DNA of 64,000 bases from the human T2T-CHM13v2.0 reference genome, Homo sapiens. The stretch is from assembly GCF_009914755.1 (NCBI RefSeq), contig NC_060928.1, one strand, 5' to 3'. Of the stretch, positions 30,133 through 44,923 are shown in pieces. Position 1 is the stretch's first letter; each line of letters starts with the position of its first letter. The position numbers were made by a program, and so were the translations under genes. The notes under the pieces are model-generated. The model made no database searches, was not told where the DNA came from, and saw nothing but the letters and a program-made list of their open reading frames with translations.

Positions 30133-31349
30133 CATAACATACATGATTATGTAGCCCAGGGCAGCTGTTGTGAATATAGTAACAGACATAGATAATAACA
30201 GCTACCACTTTCTTTTTTCCCTATCCCCAAGCAGTGCCAAATCACAGGTTCCAGACCAAACAAGGAGGAAAGTTGCTTTTTCTTCCCTATCATTCTAAGA
30301 TCTTTTTCTTGGGCTTTACATTAAGGCGACTGATAAAGACTTTGTTGCATCCTCCATCAAGTAAAAGCATTAAAGTCATCTAATTGTAAATTAAATGATA
30401 AACCTGCTTCACTGTGGGATATGAAACTTGTGAATATGAGGTCAAATTTCTCTTGCTGGGAAAAGAATAATAATAGCTCCTGGCTGTTTAAGCTGAGAGG
30501 ATATGTTTCCTGTGACATTTAATCTGATAATAAAAGGCTGTGGGTAACTCTTATGGGAATCAGGCAAATGATACGTACCAGGAAATGCTCTGCTCTGGCT
30601 GTAGAAGTTGAAGGTTGAGTAACTTCATACTAATGTAGCAAGAGCTAGTTTATCACAATTCAGCTAAACAAATAAGAAGCCTTTGAATACAAAATGAATT
30701 TGATGCAATTGGGGATTTTACACTCAAATATATAATACAGATTGGAAAGAGATTGATATTATATCATATTTTGTTTTGGGAAAACTGAGTTTGAACAAGT
30801 TGGTCTCAATTTGAGCCTTGCATGTCACGCTGGCTTATCCAATTTCAGAAGAAATTACTGACACAAATTCTTTGGAGGAAATTATTTTCTGCACCATGAA
30901 ATCTTTTCAGACAATTGTTCAAATGAACTCCAACATGGTAAATCTTTTTCAGAATAACTGAACAGAGCACTGGAGAGCAAATTAATCCTTTTTTAGTTAG
31001 TTTGTTTGTTTTTTAGGTTTTCTAAGTGAAAACATTTATATAGTTATTGATTTACTTTTTCTGATTTAATTTAAAAAATAAATTGATTATACTTATAAAT
31101 GACAGTCCAGTAAAAGAGTTTAACTTAGATCTTATGAGAGTTGCTTGATGGATGTTAAAAAGCCATTAGGTATTTTTGACAAGTGTTTGCAGTGAAAATT
31201 TGTATGAAATTCTTACTGTCTTTTTCTACTCTTGGTCTGATTCTGTTGAACACCTTCCTTATGACTTTAAGCAAACTGTTGGAGTAGAGTCTTGCCATCA
31301 CATGCTCTCATATTCAAAATCAGTAAACCTGGTATAGATAAAAAATTTT

Positions 31350-31520
31350 AAAACCTGATAGCTTTAACTTTGAAATTGGGTTCCATCATTTACTAGTTGT
31401 ATTATCTAAAGTTTCTTTAACTTCTCTAAATCAATAAAAAGAGTTTCACAATACTGCCTTAAAGCTACTTTGTTTTAAGGATTAAATGATTTGTGCAAAG
31501 GCGTAGTGCATTGCTCTGGC
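31350..31520 (+). mobile_element. Degenerate MIR fragment
   Basis: ttccatcatttactagttgt...ctttaacttctcta...aggattaaatgat. Confidence 0.55.
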
Positions 31521-32147
31521 ATCAACCTGCCAGCTCATCTGGGTTAGACATCACATGGCCCTCACAGTGGCTACCTACTGCATTTTATTTCTAAACATTT
31601 TTCTGCAGTTTAGTCTTATCCTTCTATTCAAATTGCTTTCTTACTATAAGAAACTTCAGATATAAATAAAATGGCCATGAATCTCATCTTCTTGAATGAT
31701 ATGTGTGGCTAGCTATATTTTGGGAGGTGAAGAGAATAACCAAAGAAGCTACAAGAGGAATATTGGAATACAGTCTACCTTGGAACAGTGCCTATCTCAT
31801 GTGGGAACATCTTTTGGTACTTTTGTTCATATTGCTATTCTCTTATATGTAGGAAGAGAATAAGTAATGTTGTGACTGATGAATATTTCTAGCTTTTCTC
31901 ATATCTGTGGCTGTCTTTCAATTAGTGAAAGGCAGTAGAGTGTGAAGAGCACAGGTAGGTAATTTTTTTTTTCTATGCATACAACGGCAGGCTAACATTG
32001 GATACTTTTTGCAAAAGTATTTTCATCTTCATGTTCAAAATTTACTACAGTGCTCACTTGAAAGACTTCAGTTTTCTAATAATTTCTGTATAGTTTATTG
32101 GCAAATCTTGGACCAATTTCATGGTTTGACTAGTTTTAGAAAAATAG

Positions 32148-35100
32148 ACTTCTGGTTTCCAGCTTGACATGTAAAACTCTTGAAAGTCATTATTCCTGTC
32201 TTTACAACAAGAAAAAAGCTGAACAAACTCCAAATCAACAACTTTTCATGTAATCTTCAGATAATTAAGGCCACAAGGTAGACTGCTGCTCTGAAACTGG
32301 AGAGATAGATAGGGTAATACAGAGACCTCCCCTAAGAGAAGATGCCCAGAGCAGAAGCCAGCAGCTAAAGTCAGTATCAGTAAGATTACATTAAAGTGTA
32401 GTTGACAAATTGTTCCAGTCACAGTGTGGCTTAGAAATTAAAATCTCATAAGAGGTCCTTAGGGATGCCCTCACACATTGTGTTTTACCTTCAGGAGCCC
32501 TATCAGATTCTCAATGAGAAGATCAGAGAAGACTCCTCTGTGCTTCCAGCAGGAGGAGGAAAAATGTAAGCATTTTGAAAAACACCCAGAGATCTATGTT
32601 CTCCTTAACAAGGCCTGTACTCATGAAAATCTGTTTTATCAGAGCCTATCCACTTGTGTTCTACCAAAGCCTAATTGACCTGGGTGAAGAGAAATACCCA
32701 ACTCCATTAGAGGTATAATATGCTGAGAGAAAAAAAGTGAGAAATACCCAACTCCAGCTCCCTCTAGACTTCAACATTGCGGAACAGGAATATCCAACTC
32801 AGTCTCGCTAAAAGACTGAGACCTAATCATATGGTATAGAGTGCGTCCCTTCCCCCTAGACCTTACCACTACGGCTTCTGTAAAATAACAGATTACAGCT
32901 AAAAGAACTGAAAGCCATGGGACATACTTAAGAAATATTAGCAAAACCAGAAGACAACAAGGGAGGCAAACATAAATGCAAAAGCAAAACCAAAACAAAC
33001 AAACAAACAAAAGAAGAGTGGAAACTTTAGCCTCTTACCCCACAGCTACAGAAAGCAGTAAACATAGACTTACTCCTAGCCAGATAAACAAAACCTTGTA
33101 CTAAAGGCTTATTAGCCCCAGTTTCTTTTATCTGATACATCATTTCCAGTTATCAATAAAAAATTATAAGGCATGCTAACAAGCAAAAACACAGGATAAA
33201 GAGGCAGAGCAAGCATTAGAACCAGATTCAGATATGGCAGGGATATTGGAATTATTAGACCAGGACTTAAAATTACTATGATTAATCAATCTATTATAGA
33301 CTGAATGCTTGTGTCACTCCAACATTTACATTTTGAAGCCCCAATACCTCATATGATGGTATTTGGAGGTGGGGCCTTTGGAAGGTAATTAGGTTTAGTT
33401 GAAGTCATGGGGGTGAGATCTCTATGATGGGATTAGTGTCCTTACAAGAAAAGGAAGAGAATGGAGCTTGTTTTCTCTTTGCCATGTGACAATACAGTGC
33501 AAAGGTGGCCATCTGTCAACTAGCAAAAGGGATCTCTCTAGGAACTGAGTCTGTACATTGATTGTCTGCTTCCCAGACTTCAAAACTGCAAGAAATAAAT
33601 GTCTGTTTAAGGCACCAAGTCCATGGTGTTTGGTTATGGCAGCCTGAGCTGACTAAGACATGCTGGGAGCTCTAATGGAACAGGTGACCAACAGGAAAGA
33701 GCAAATGAGATATGTCACCAGAGAGATGAAAACTCTAGGTAAGATTTTTTTTAATGCTAAAATAAATAACACAGTAATGGAAGTAAAGGATGCTTCCAAT
33801 TGGTTCATTAGTAGACAGGACGTTGTCAAGAAAAGAATAAGGGACCTTGAAAATATGTCAATAGAAACTTCCAAAACTGAAATGTCAAGAGGAAAAAGAA
33901 TGAAACAGAATATTCCAAGAACTGTGTGACAACTAAAGGTATAAATATGCATAAAGAAAATGCCAGAAGGAGGAAACAGTAAGAAACAGAAGAAATATTT
34001 GAATTAATAATGGCTGACAATTTTCCAGAATTACTGCCAGGTGCCAAACTAAAGATCCAGGATGGCTAAAGAACACCAAGTAGGTCAAATACCTAAAAAT
34101 CAATACTTATGCACATCATATTTAAGCTGCAGAAAAGCAAAGACAAAGTGAAAAATCTTGAAAGAAGCCACAGGGATAAAAAAAATCTTAACTACAGAGG
34201 AGGAAGAGTAAGAATTACATGAAACTTCTCAGAAACCACAGAGGTAGAAAGAGAATACAGTGGTATATTTAAGGTATTGGAAGAAAAAAAGCCACCAAAC
34301 TAGAATTCCATATTCAGTGAAATTATTTTTCAAAAATGCCAGATAAATAAAGACCTTCTCAGACAAACATTGAAGGGATTTATTGATAGTAGACCTGCCT
34401 TGCAAGAAATGTTTAAACCTATAGCTCACATTATACCCAATGATAAGAAACTAGATGCATTACCCCTAAGTTTGAAAGCAGGACAAAATGTCTCCTCTCA
34501 ACTTAAATGCTTCGTTGTATGGAAGTCCTAATTAATGCAATAAGACAATAGAATAAAATGTATACAGATTGGAAGAAATAAAACTTCACAAATGACATGA
34601 TCTATGTAAAAAAAAATCAGAGAATTGATTAAAAAAACAACTTCTAGAACTAATAAGTAATTACAGCAAGGTCAGTGGATACAAGGTTAATATAGAAAGT
34701 CAGTTGCTTTCCTATGCACAGGCAATAGGTAATTGCAATTTAAAATTAACACACAAAAAGAGAAATACTTAGGTTTAACTCTAACAAAATGTATACAAGT
34801 TCTATATGGGGACAACTATCAAACTTTGATTAATAAAACTCAATAAATTTGGAGATATTCTTTGTTCATGAATAGAAAATTCAATATTGTTAAGATGTCA
34901 GTTCTTCCCAACTTAGTCTATAGATTCAATGCAATCGCAATCAAAATGTCAATAAGTTACTTTATGAATATCAAAAAACCAATTCTAAAGTTTACATGGG
35001 CAGGCAAAAGACCAAGAATAACCAACACGATATTGAAGAACAGAAAGTTGGAGAGCCAACACTGCATAACTTACTACAAATAATATAAGATTTACTTTAA

Positions 35101-36690
35101 AGCTATAATAATCAAGACTGTGGTATTTGCAAAAGAATAGACAAATAAGTAAATGGAACAAAATAAAGTCCAGAAACAGACCCACACAAATACAGTCAAC
35201 AGATCTTTGATAATGGTATAAATGTGATTCAATGGAGAAAGGGTAGTGTTTTCAACAAATGATATTGTAACAACTGGACATCCACATGTTTAAGAAAATA
35301 AGTGTAGACACTGACCATAACTTTCACAAAACTAACTCAAAATGGATCATACACTTAAATGTGAGTTTTAAAACTATAAAACTCCTAGAAGATAACATGG
35401 AAGAAAATATTAATAGCCATTAGTTTGACACTGAGTTTTTAGGTGAAACATCATAAGCACTATCTATCAAAGAAAATATCGATAAGCTAGACTTCATTAA
35501 AATTAAAAAATTCTCTGCAAAAGACACTCTTACGAGAATGAAAAGACAAGCTTATACTGAGGGAAAATATTTGCAAAACACCTATCAGATAAATGACTTG
35601 TGTTCAAAATAAATAACTTTTTAAAAGAAAACCAATAACTCTTAAAACTCAGCAAAAGAAAACAACCCAATTAAAAAAGGAGCAAAGGATCTGAACAGAC
35701 GATGCACTGATGAAGGTATACAGATGGCAAATATACACATGAAGAAATTCTCAAAATTATATCCTTAGGAACAGAATGTTAAAGCAACAATGAGGCATCA
35801 CTACACACTTATTACAGTCATGGCTAACACGCAAGACATTGACAACACCCGCCACGAGCTGATGAAGATGTGGAGCAAAAGGAACCCTCATTTATTGCTG
35901 GTGAAGATGAAAAATGGTACAACCATTTTGGAACATAGTTTGACAATTTATTTCAAGGCTAAACAGTAGTCCATGAGTCATGCTCCTAGGTATTTACCCA
36001 AATGAGTTGAAAATGCATGTCTACATAAACAACTACACACAAATGTTTATAGAAGCTTTGATTCATAATTGCAAACATTAGGAGCAGCTAAGACATCCAC
36101 TAATAGATGAATAAACTATGGAACATCCATACGATGGAATATTATTCAGTGATAAAGATAAATAAACTATTAAGTCATGGAAAACTTTGGAGGAATCTTA
36201 AGTGCATATTAAGTAAAAGAAGGCAGCCTGGAAAGGCTACATACTGGATGATTCCAAATACATGACATTTGGGAAAAGGCAAAAGTATAGAGACTGTAAA
36301 AAGATCAGCAGTGCCAGAGGTTCAGGCTGGGGTGGGGGCGATAGGGAGGGATGAATAGGTGGAGCACAGGGCATTTTTAGGGCAGTGAAACTATTCTGCA
36401 TGATGCTCTAATGGTGGATAAATGACATTATACATTTGGAAAAAGTCAAACTGTACAACACAAAGAATGAACACTAAAATCATGGATTTCAGTTAATAAT
36501 AATATATTAATATTGGTCCATTAATTGTAATAAATGCATCGCACCAATGCAAGATGTTAACAGTGTGGGAAATTGTGGGCTGGAGAAGGCAGAAGGAATA
36601 TGTTTTCTGTTCATTTTTTTTCTGTAAACCTAAAGCTTCTCTAAGAAATAAAGTATATCAATTAAAATATATCTGAATTAAAATAAAAAA
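32148..36690 (+). mobile_element. L1MC/L1MD-like LINE-1 with 5' end, ORF1, internally deleted ORF2 and 3'UTR
   Basis: 5' acttctggtttccagcttgacatg, ORF1-like peptide at 33660-33929, ORF2-like peptide NIVKMSVLPNLVYRFNAI, L1MC-type 3'UTR ending aataaagtatatcaattaaaa. Confidence 0.9.
33292..33660 (+). mobile_element. MaLR solo LTR (MLT1A-like) inside L1
   Basis: tattatagactgaatgcttgtgtc...ggtatttggaggtggggcctttggaaggtaattagg...gagctgactaagaca. Confidence 0.88.
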
Positions 36691-37079
36691 TTAATACATA
36701 AACATGAACAAAGTGAATAATTAAAACATATAGGTTACTATGCAAAATTGTTCAGATATTTGCTCTTAATTTCTACTTTTCAAACTAAATTTTGAGACTT
36801 TAGCTATTTTGATCTAAAAATGCACAAATTCTCATAAGTTTAGATATCTATACACATACAAATATGAATGTAGCATATATGTGTATGTCACAAAATGCTC
36901 CTGATTTTAACTGGTTAATTTTTACTTCATCATTTTTAGAAAACACTGCTTTGAACATTTACCCCCTTACCTAGTGTTCTTTGAAATTTTTCATCACTTA
37001 TGATGATGTTTAAATATCTTTCTTTGTGGTAAAGCATGCCACAACATGTCTTTAAGCTATCATCCAGTTAATACTCTTG

Positions 37080-37390
37080 AAACTTGCATTTCAGCCAGTC
37101 TGGCAATCCAATAAGCTCTGAACATGCCATGTATGCCCTCATTTCCACCCTCCTTTACTTACCTAAAATGCTTGTTCCGCTCATTTTCTTTTACTGAGCT
37201 CTTTCCCAAATTATATTGACCTTATTATTTATATCACTCATCTATTTCCCAGTACTATGGATGGTGTGTTTTTGTGTAGGTCTTATGTCCCCAGTTAGAT
37301 TATAGACTCTTTTATGGCAAAGCTTACATCATATAAATTTGAATCTCCAGTTCTTAACACATTCCTTACAATCAGTATGGGTTGAAAAGG
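37080..37390 (+). mobile_element. L2 LINE 3' relic
   Basis: tcttatgtccccagttagattatagactc...gaatctccagttcttaacaca resembles the L2 3' end. Confidence 0.5.
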
Positions 37391-39970
37391 ATTTGATGAC
37401 AATGACTTTGTCAGATTTTTTTTTTTTTTTTTTTAATGATTGGATAGATGCCATCCTGGAGTTTAACTTGATAATATCTCTAACTGTGTATTTGTTGAAT
37501 AGGTAGTATCAAAAAATTTTGTAAGCTCCCTTAAGCACCTGAGTAGTAAATATTTACATTTTAGACAACTGATGTGCTTGTGGGAAATCATATCTCTTCA
37601 ATAAAACCAGGAATTTCATTAGGCAATCTTCTATTAGTTTAGTTCTAGTCACGTTATTACTTGCAAATAACAGAGCAGGCATTTCTTTAGATACAGCCTG
37701 CCAATATTAAATATGTTACTAATTCAGAATGGTTTCTCTCAGGCCATATTAATGAGTTTTGTTGAAAAATCAAAATGTATATGATACTCATAGAACTGCT
37801 GCTACAAGCACATTTAATTTATTTTTATCCATTTGGAGGTCATTACCAGGCTTTAGACATTTTACAGGTTGAATTCTTTGTTTTGAATGTTAAAAAAAAT
37901 GAGATGCCTTGACATTCATAGCTATAATGAATGAAACGAGGCAAATACATTGTGACTTGTCTTATTCAATGAAATATTTATGCCCTTTGGAAGTCTCAAT
38001 TACAATGCTGCTTTCTGCCCCACCCCTTTACTGTTTCAGAAAATAAAAAAGAAAGAAAGAAAAAATGCAGAATAGGGTTATTAGAAGATTTTATAGCGTA
38101 GAAAAAGAAGCCAAAGGCCCTTCTGAAGGCACTTGTATGTCTGATGATGATATTTCCTGCCTCAAAGGGATCCTGTTGCCTTTACAGGCAGAGCTGGCTG
38201 TGGCAGATGCCCCTCTGTTAGCAAAGGCTGTCTTCAATGAAGGAAGAAATTTAGAGGGGATGATTTCCCAGTTACAGTGCTGCCAACAGAGAGTTTATAA
38301 CAAAAGGGTAGTGCTGTCATGCATGGTTGGGGACATGACAATGGCAATTGTTCTTATGATGATTATAAACTATTCTTGCTGGATCTGAATGGCCTAGCCG
38401 ACTGGGGGAAGTTTTTCAGACTTGGACTCTGTCCACTTCCCTGCTGTGTGGGAATGCAGTTGTTCATTTTCTTGTTCTCTTTCTGTTGTCTCCTGGCAGC
38501 CTATAAAATTGGAGTTATTAAGCCTCACAGTTTAGTTAATGCTTCCAGTCGAGTCTGGGGAAGAAACCAGGAAGCAGGTAACTGACTTTCTAAACAGTTT
38601 TGGCAAGGGGGAGGCAGTACCCTTAACAGATGGCAGTTTGACTCATGGAAAAGTCAATTGCTTCCTTTTATTTCCAGCAGGTATTGAGAAGAGCTGGATG
38701 AACAGTTCACAGAGCAGTGTGGAAAAAATGTAACTGAGTATGTAGAAAGAGAAAACAAGGAACTTCTGAGCCAAGGCAGATCAAAGAATGTTTGAGGATA
38801 GTTTAGCATTTGGAACACTTCAAAAGTGTGACACGAGCTATTCTTTTTACCTCCCGCCTCAAATGCTTATCCAACATTCTTGGGTAAGCTTTCATATGTA
38901 AAGTGAAAATGAGAACTGGCTCTCTTATGAAATGTCCTGTTATTTGTTATCTTTCATTAAGCTGGGACCTGAGAGTACAGAAAAGGGAAAAACGTAATGA
39001 TGAAGTTAGGCTGATCTTTTATGGAGTTGAAGCTCTTGTTAAACTTCTGACACTTACTTTTGACAGTTATCCATAACAGTGGTGACTGTTTAAAACTATT
39101 TCAAATGGTAGTATTGCTTTTCCCTATTGAATTACTTTGCTGATTATTTCCCTCTGGTTTGGAATTTTTTGAATGAATGAATGAATAAATGATAAAAAAA
39201 GAATGAATGGAAATGTACATGAATACAATGCCCTTGCCATTGCCTTAATGCTAGGAGCTTGCAATACCACATTAAATAGCAAAGGAGGGAGAAGAATGCT
39301 TGTTTCTATTTGGTGACCTTTGGAAGCTCGCTGGTGTATAATATGTTTTCATCACATTGAAAACTTCTGACAATAGAAACGTGATATGCAGTTTCTTTCT
39401 CTAACTGAATGGCTGAGGTATAGCATTCTGCTCCATGTCCTGACCTTGAATAGAATATACTTGGTATTTTTTAAAACCTAGAACAGATGGAAGGGCTTCA
39501 GTTAAACTGAGTAAAACTGAAGAAGTTTGTTTGGTCTCCTGATTAAACCTATTCACTGTAAGATGGAAAAAGACAACTCTGAAAATAAATAAAAAATACA
39601 TTACTTTCAATAAATTACAGATGATTAAATAGAGCAGCAACTGTAATATTATAGTCAAATTCCTTGCTAAAAATAGTGATTGAGGATAGGACAAATACAG
39701 AATTAGTTGCATTAGGTTTAGAGATTTATGTTCATTCTGAGCCATTGACAAACTCATTCATAATGCATTTTCACTGAACAGCAGGCCAACTCAACGTTTC
39801 TGACGGACTCATCCATAGTTTTGATGGTAAAGGAGCATAGGTGAAGTACATTTTTAGATCTCATATATCTTGTTCTTCTTGAGGCACCAAAGGTTAAGTA
39901 CATGGTCCGTCCCATGGAGCAACCTGCTGAGATACTCCACTGTGGTGTTTAAGGTTAGGGATTTTAAAGA

Positions 39971-39972
<2 letters not shown>

Positions 39973-40016
<44 letters not shown>
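39973..40016 (+). repeat. (TG)22 microsatellite
   Basis: Uninterrupted TG run counted directly. Confidence 0.98.
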
Positions 40017-40019
<3 letters not shown>

Positions 40020-40235
40020 GATGATGCAGCCTGATACCTTGAGGTAAACTTAATTTTAAACATCTTTGGTAACTTCTGATTAGATTTCCCACCTGGAAAA
40101 AGTCAAGCATGAAAGGTTATTTAACCAAGAGCTTTTCCAGATTATGATAGACCCAGGTGCTATAATCTATCCCTTACTTTTAATATCTTATAAAATATTT
40201 ATACAAATGCTTCATTAAAGTCCATTTACATTTTC

Positions 40236-40610
<375 letters not shown>

Positions 40611-40909
40611 TAAACAGCTCCTTTTAACTGATGATAAAAGGGTTTTAATTCTATAATGTAACATATGTCTGGATTTTGAGTTAAGCATGTTCTGTCTTTG
40701 GTGAAAAACATGAAAACTTGGAACTTTAGTGCCAAAGAGAAGAGAAATGCATACAGGTCTTAAGTAATGAATAAAACTCTAAAATGGGATGAAAATGACT
40801 TTTGCTTATAAATATTGATGTAACTGGCTTATCAGCCTATCAATATCTTTGTAAGTGTCAAATGGAAGATTGATATCTTTTACTGGGGAAATGATCAATG
40901 GTATCACAT

Positions 40910-40990
40910 ATCTAGATTGTTTATCAGATTTCCTTCTCTGAGTCTTCATTTTTTCATCTATAAAGTGGGGATAATAATAGTAAAACCTAA
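40910..40990 (+). mobile_element. MIR core fragment
   Basis: ctctctgagtcttcattttttcatctataaagtggggataataatagta. Confidence 0.7.
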
Positions 40991-43900
40991 AGAAGATTCT
41001 GGGAAGATGGCAGAATAGGAAGTACAAGAAATCTGTTTCCTCACTCAGACAGCAATTACACTGAGAGAATCTGTGTGATGTAACTATTTTGGAACTAGAG
41101 TTTTTTGAAGGCTTGCAACATCCAGTAGAAGAGTTGGACAGTAAATTGTGGTTAACTTTAGGAAACTTTATCTCTTAGCTCATCAGTAGCTACCTTTACC
41201 CATCTCCCACCCGCCTGTTGCTTACCTATGCCTATGTTCCTGGAGCAACTTCCAGGAAGCCAGGGTGGCTAATAAGGACCCTGTCTTTCAAATATTGGGG
41301 ATCTGCAAGCTAATTCCTGATGTGGCTTCTGATTATGAGGGCTTAGACACAGAGGTGGCAGCCATTGTTGTTGCACCTTCCTCCATTGTTGCAAGTCCCC
41401 CTCCGTTTGGCTGAAGTTACTTCCAGGAAACTTAAAAGACCAGTGCCTTTTTTCATTGCCCTTTATTTTTCTCCTTTCCCCTCTTTGGGAGCCAGATATT
41501 AAAGACTGGTATAATCAAAAGCAGCTGCATATATGAGGGAAGTTAGAAAGTAACCTCAAATGCCCAGCAAAAGCACAGGCTCAGAAAAGACTTCAAAAGG
41601 CATTACATTTATACCTTAAGCTTATTCACAATGCATGCAACAATGAAACAAACAAACAACAACAAAAAAAAAACAAAACAGCATCAAACCCTGTGGAAGA
41701 CGAGATTCTGATTTTCAGTTACCACATTATTAGATTCAAATGCTCAGTTTTTAACAAAAAAAATTACAAGGCATTTATAGAAACAGGAAATTATATTCCA
41801 TTCAAATAAAAAAAAGACCTATTGGAAACTATTTGTGAGAAGGACCTGATGGCAAATATACCAGGAAATTACTTTAAAATAACTGTCCTAAAGATGCTCA
41901 AAGAAAGAAAGAAAGACATGGAGAAAGTTAATAAAATGATAAGTGAACAAAGTGAAAATATTAATAAAGAAGAAACTTAAAAAGAAATGAAAAACTCTGG
42001 AGCAGAAAAGTACAATAAGAAACGAAAATTCACTATAGAGTTTCAAAGGCAGATTTGATCAGATAGAATAAAGAATCAGCAAATGTGAAGATAGGACAAT
42101 GGAAGTTATCTAGTCTGAGAAACAGAAAAAAGATTGAAAAAAACTGGACAAACCTTAAAGAACATTGTACAACATCAAGCAGCCCAACATATAAATTAGG
42201 GAAGTCCCAGAAAGATGAGAAAGAGAGAACCAGAAAAAAAATTTGAAGAAATAATGACAGAAATTACCCAAATTTGATGAAAGACATAAATATAAACATC
42301 TAAGAAGCTCAATAAACTACCAGTAGAATGAACTCAAACAGACCCATGCTGAGATACATTATAATCAAACTGTTGAAAGCCAAGGCAGTGAATACTGAAA
42401 GCAGTGAGAAGAAGACACTGCAAACAAGAAATCCTCAATAAGATTATTAGCAGGTTTGTCATCAGAAACTTTGGAGGCCAGATGGCAGTGGGCTGATAAA
42501 GTGCTAAAAGGAAAGAAATCTGTCAATCAAATATCTTATATGTGGCCAAGTGTTCTTCACAAATGAGGAAGTTAAGAAGTCCATAGATAAACAAAAGCTG
42601 AGGTAATTTATTACCATTAGACTTGCCCTGCAAGAAATGTTAAAGGAAGTTTTATAGGTTGAAATGAAAGGACCCTAGAGAGTAATTTGAAGTGTGTAAA
42701 GAAATGAAGATGGCAGTAAAGGTAAATACATGGGCAATTGTAAAAGCTAGTATTGTAATTATCCTTTGTAACTCCATATTTTGATTTCTACATAATTTAA
42801 GAGATGAATGCATTAATAACAATGATTATTAGTTTATGTTTTGGACACACAATGTATAAAAATATAAATTTGTGACATCAACAACTAAAAGCAATGAGGT
42901 CAGAGCTATAAAAGAGCAGAGTCTTTTGTATGTTATTGAAGTTAAGATGGTATACATTCAAATTAGAGTATTATAAATGTAGGTGTTAAATATAATCTTC
43001 ATAGTAACCATAAACATACAAAGAAAAGGGATGTGACTTAAAATACTTCACGACAAAATGTCAGTGAAGCACAGAAGATGACAGTAATAAAGAAAATGAG
43101 AGATAAAAGCTATAAGACATATAGAAAACAAAGAAAAATTAAAAATGTTTCTCCTTATTTATAATTATTTTAAATGTAAATAAACTCAAATCAAAAGACG
43201 AAGACTGGCAAAATGGATTTAAAAGAGAAAACATGATTCAACTACATAACAAGAGAGTCACTTCAGATCTAAAAAACCAAAAAGGTTAAAAGTGAAAAGA
43301 TGGAAAAATATATTCCATACAAATTTTAACCAAAATGCACCAGACGTGGCTATTTTAATATCACACAAAATATACTTTAAATCAGAATATTTTAAAAGTG
43401 ATAAAGACATATACTAATAAAAGTTTCAATACATCCAGAAGATATAAAAATTATAAATACTTACTTAATAACAGACCATCAATATATATGAAGCAAAATT
43501 TGACAGAATTGAAGGCAAAAATAAACAGTTCTACAATAATAGCTTGAAACTTCAATACCCCTACCTCAATAATGGATAGAACAACCAGATGGAGGATAAG
43601 TAAGGAAATAGAGGACTTGAACAATATGATAAAGCAACTAAACTGACAGACATATACAGAACAGTCTACTCAACAGCAACAAAATATACATTCTTCTCAA
43701 GTACATATAGGCTATTTTCCAGGATAGACAATATTTTGGGCCAAAGATTAAGTCTCAGTAAATTTAAAAAGACAGATATTATGCCAGGTATCTTTTCTAA
43801 CGACAATGGAATAAAGTTAGCCATCAATAACAGAAGGAAAACTGAAGGATTCACAAATTCGTGAAAATTAAACAACACATCTTAAAATAATGAGTGTATT

Positions 43901-44923
43901 AAAGAAAAAATTGCAAGAGAAATTAAAAAATACTTAGAGATGAATAAAAGTGAAAACCCCACATTATGGAACATGTGAAAGCAGTACCAAGGGAGAAATT
44001 TATAGCTAAAAACACATAAAAAGAAGAAAATCTCAAATCAACAACTTAATTTTTATAACTTTATAAGCTAGAAAATGAAGAATGAACTAAATCCAAATCT
44101 TGCAGAGTGAAAAAAAAATAGAGATTAGAGCAGAGATAAATAAAATAGAAAATTAAAAAATGATAGAGAAAATAAAAATATCCAAACGTCTTTTCTTTGA
44201 AATCAACAAAACTGATAACCTTTTAGCTAGGTTAACTAAGAAAAAAAGAAAAAAGACTCAAATTACTAAAAGTTGAAACATTACTATTCTATAGAAATAA
44301 ATAGGATTATAAGAGAGTCCTAGGAACACTTACATGTCAAAATTTGGATAATCTAGATGAAAGGGACAAATTTCTAGAAACACAACACCAACCAAGACAA
44401 AATCAGGAGAAAAATAGAAAAATCTGTAGCTTCACTAGTGAATTCTATCAAATATTTAAAGGAGAACTAGCACTAAATTTTCTCTAACTTTTCAAAAAAT
44501 TTGAAGAGAAGGGAACTCTTCCTAACTCATCCTATAAGGCTGATGTTAACCTGCTATGAATGTCAGATAGATACTACAGACCAATATTCATTATAAACAT
44601 GATATAAAATTTCTCAACAAAATACAAGGAAACTGAATTCTTCAGCATCCAAGGATATAAACCATGACAAAGTGGGATTTTTTTTCATGGAATGCAAGGA
44701 TGGTTCAACTTATGAAAATGGATTAATGTAATACAGTACATTAACAACATGTAGAAAAATCCACATAATCATCTCTATTGATGCAGAAAAGTAGTTGACA
44801 GAATTCAACAGTCTGTCTTGATAAAAACACTCAACAAACTAGCAATAAAAAGAAACTAGCTCAACATCATAAAGGCCATGTGTGGGAAACCCTCAGGGAA
44901 CATCAAACTCAATGATGAAAGAC

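Noticed and set aside
32690-32800. Repeated gaaatacccaactcca units with variable spacers (CRISPR-like look)
   Set aside because: Only two or three degenerate copies inside an L1 5'UTR in primate DNA, with no cas genes.
34415-34425. ORF1-to-mid-ORF2 junction in the + strand L1 (similar one at ~53330)
   Set aside because: Internal deletions are routine in very old L1s, and I saw no distinctive junction signature.
38065-38388. 107-codon ATG ORF
   Set aside because: No family similarity I recognise, and overlapping short ORFs in other frames suggest noise.
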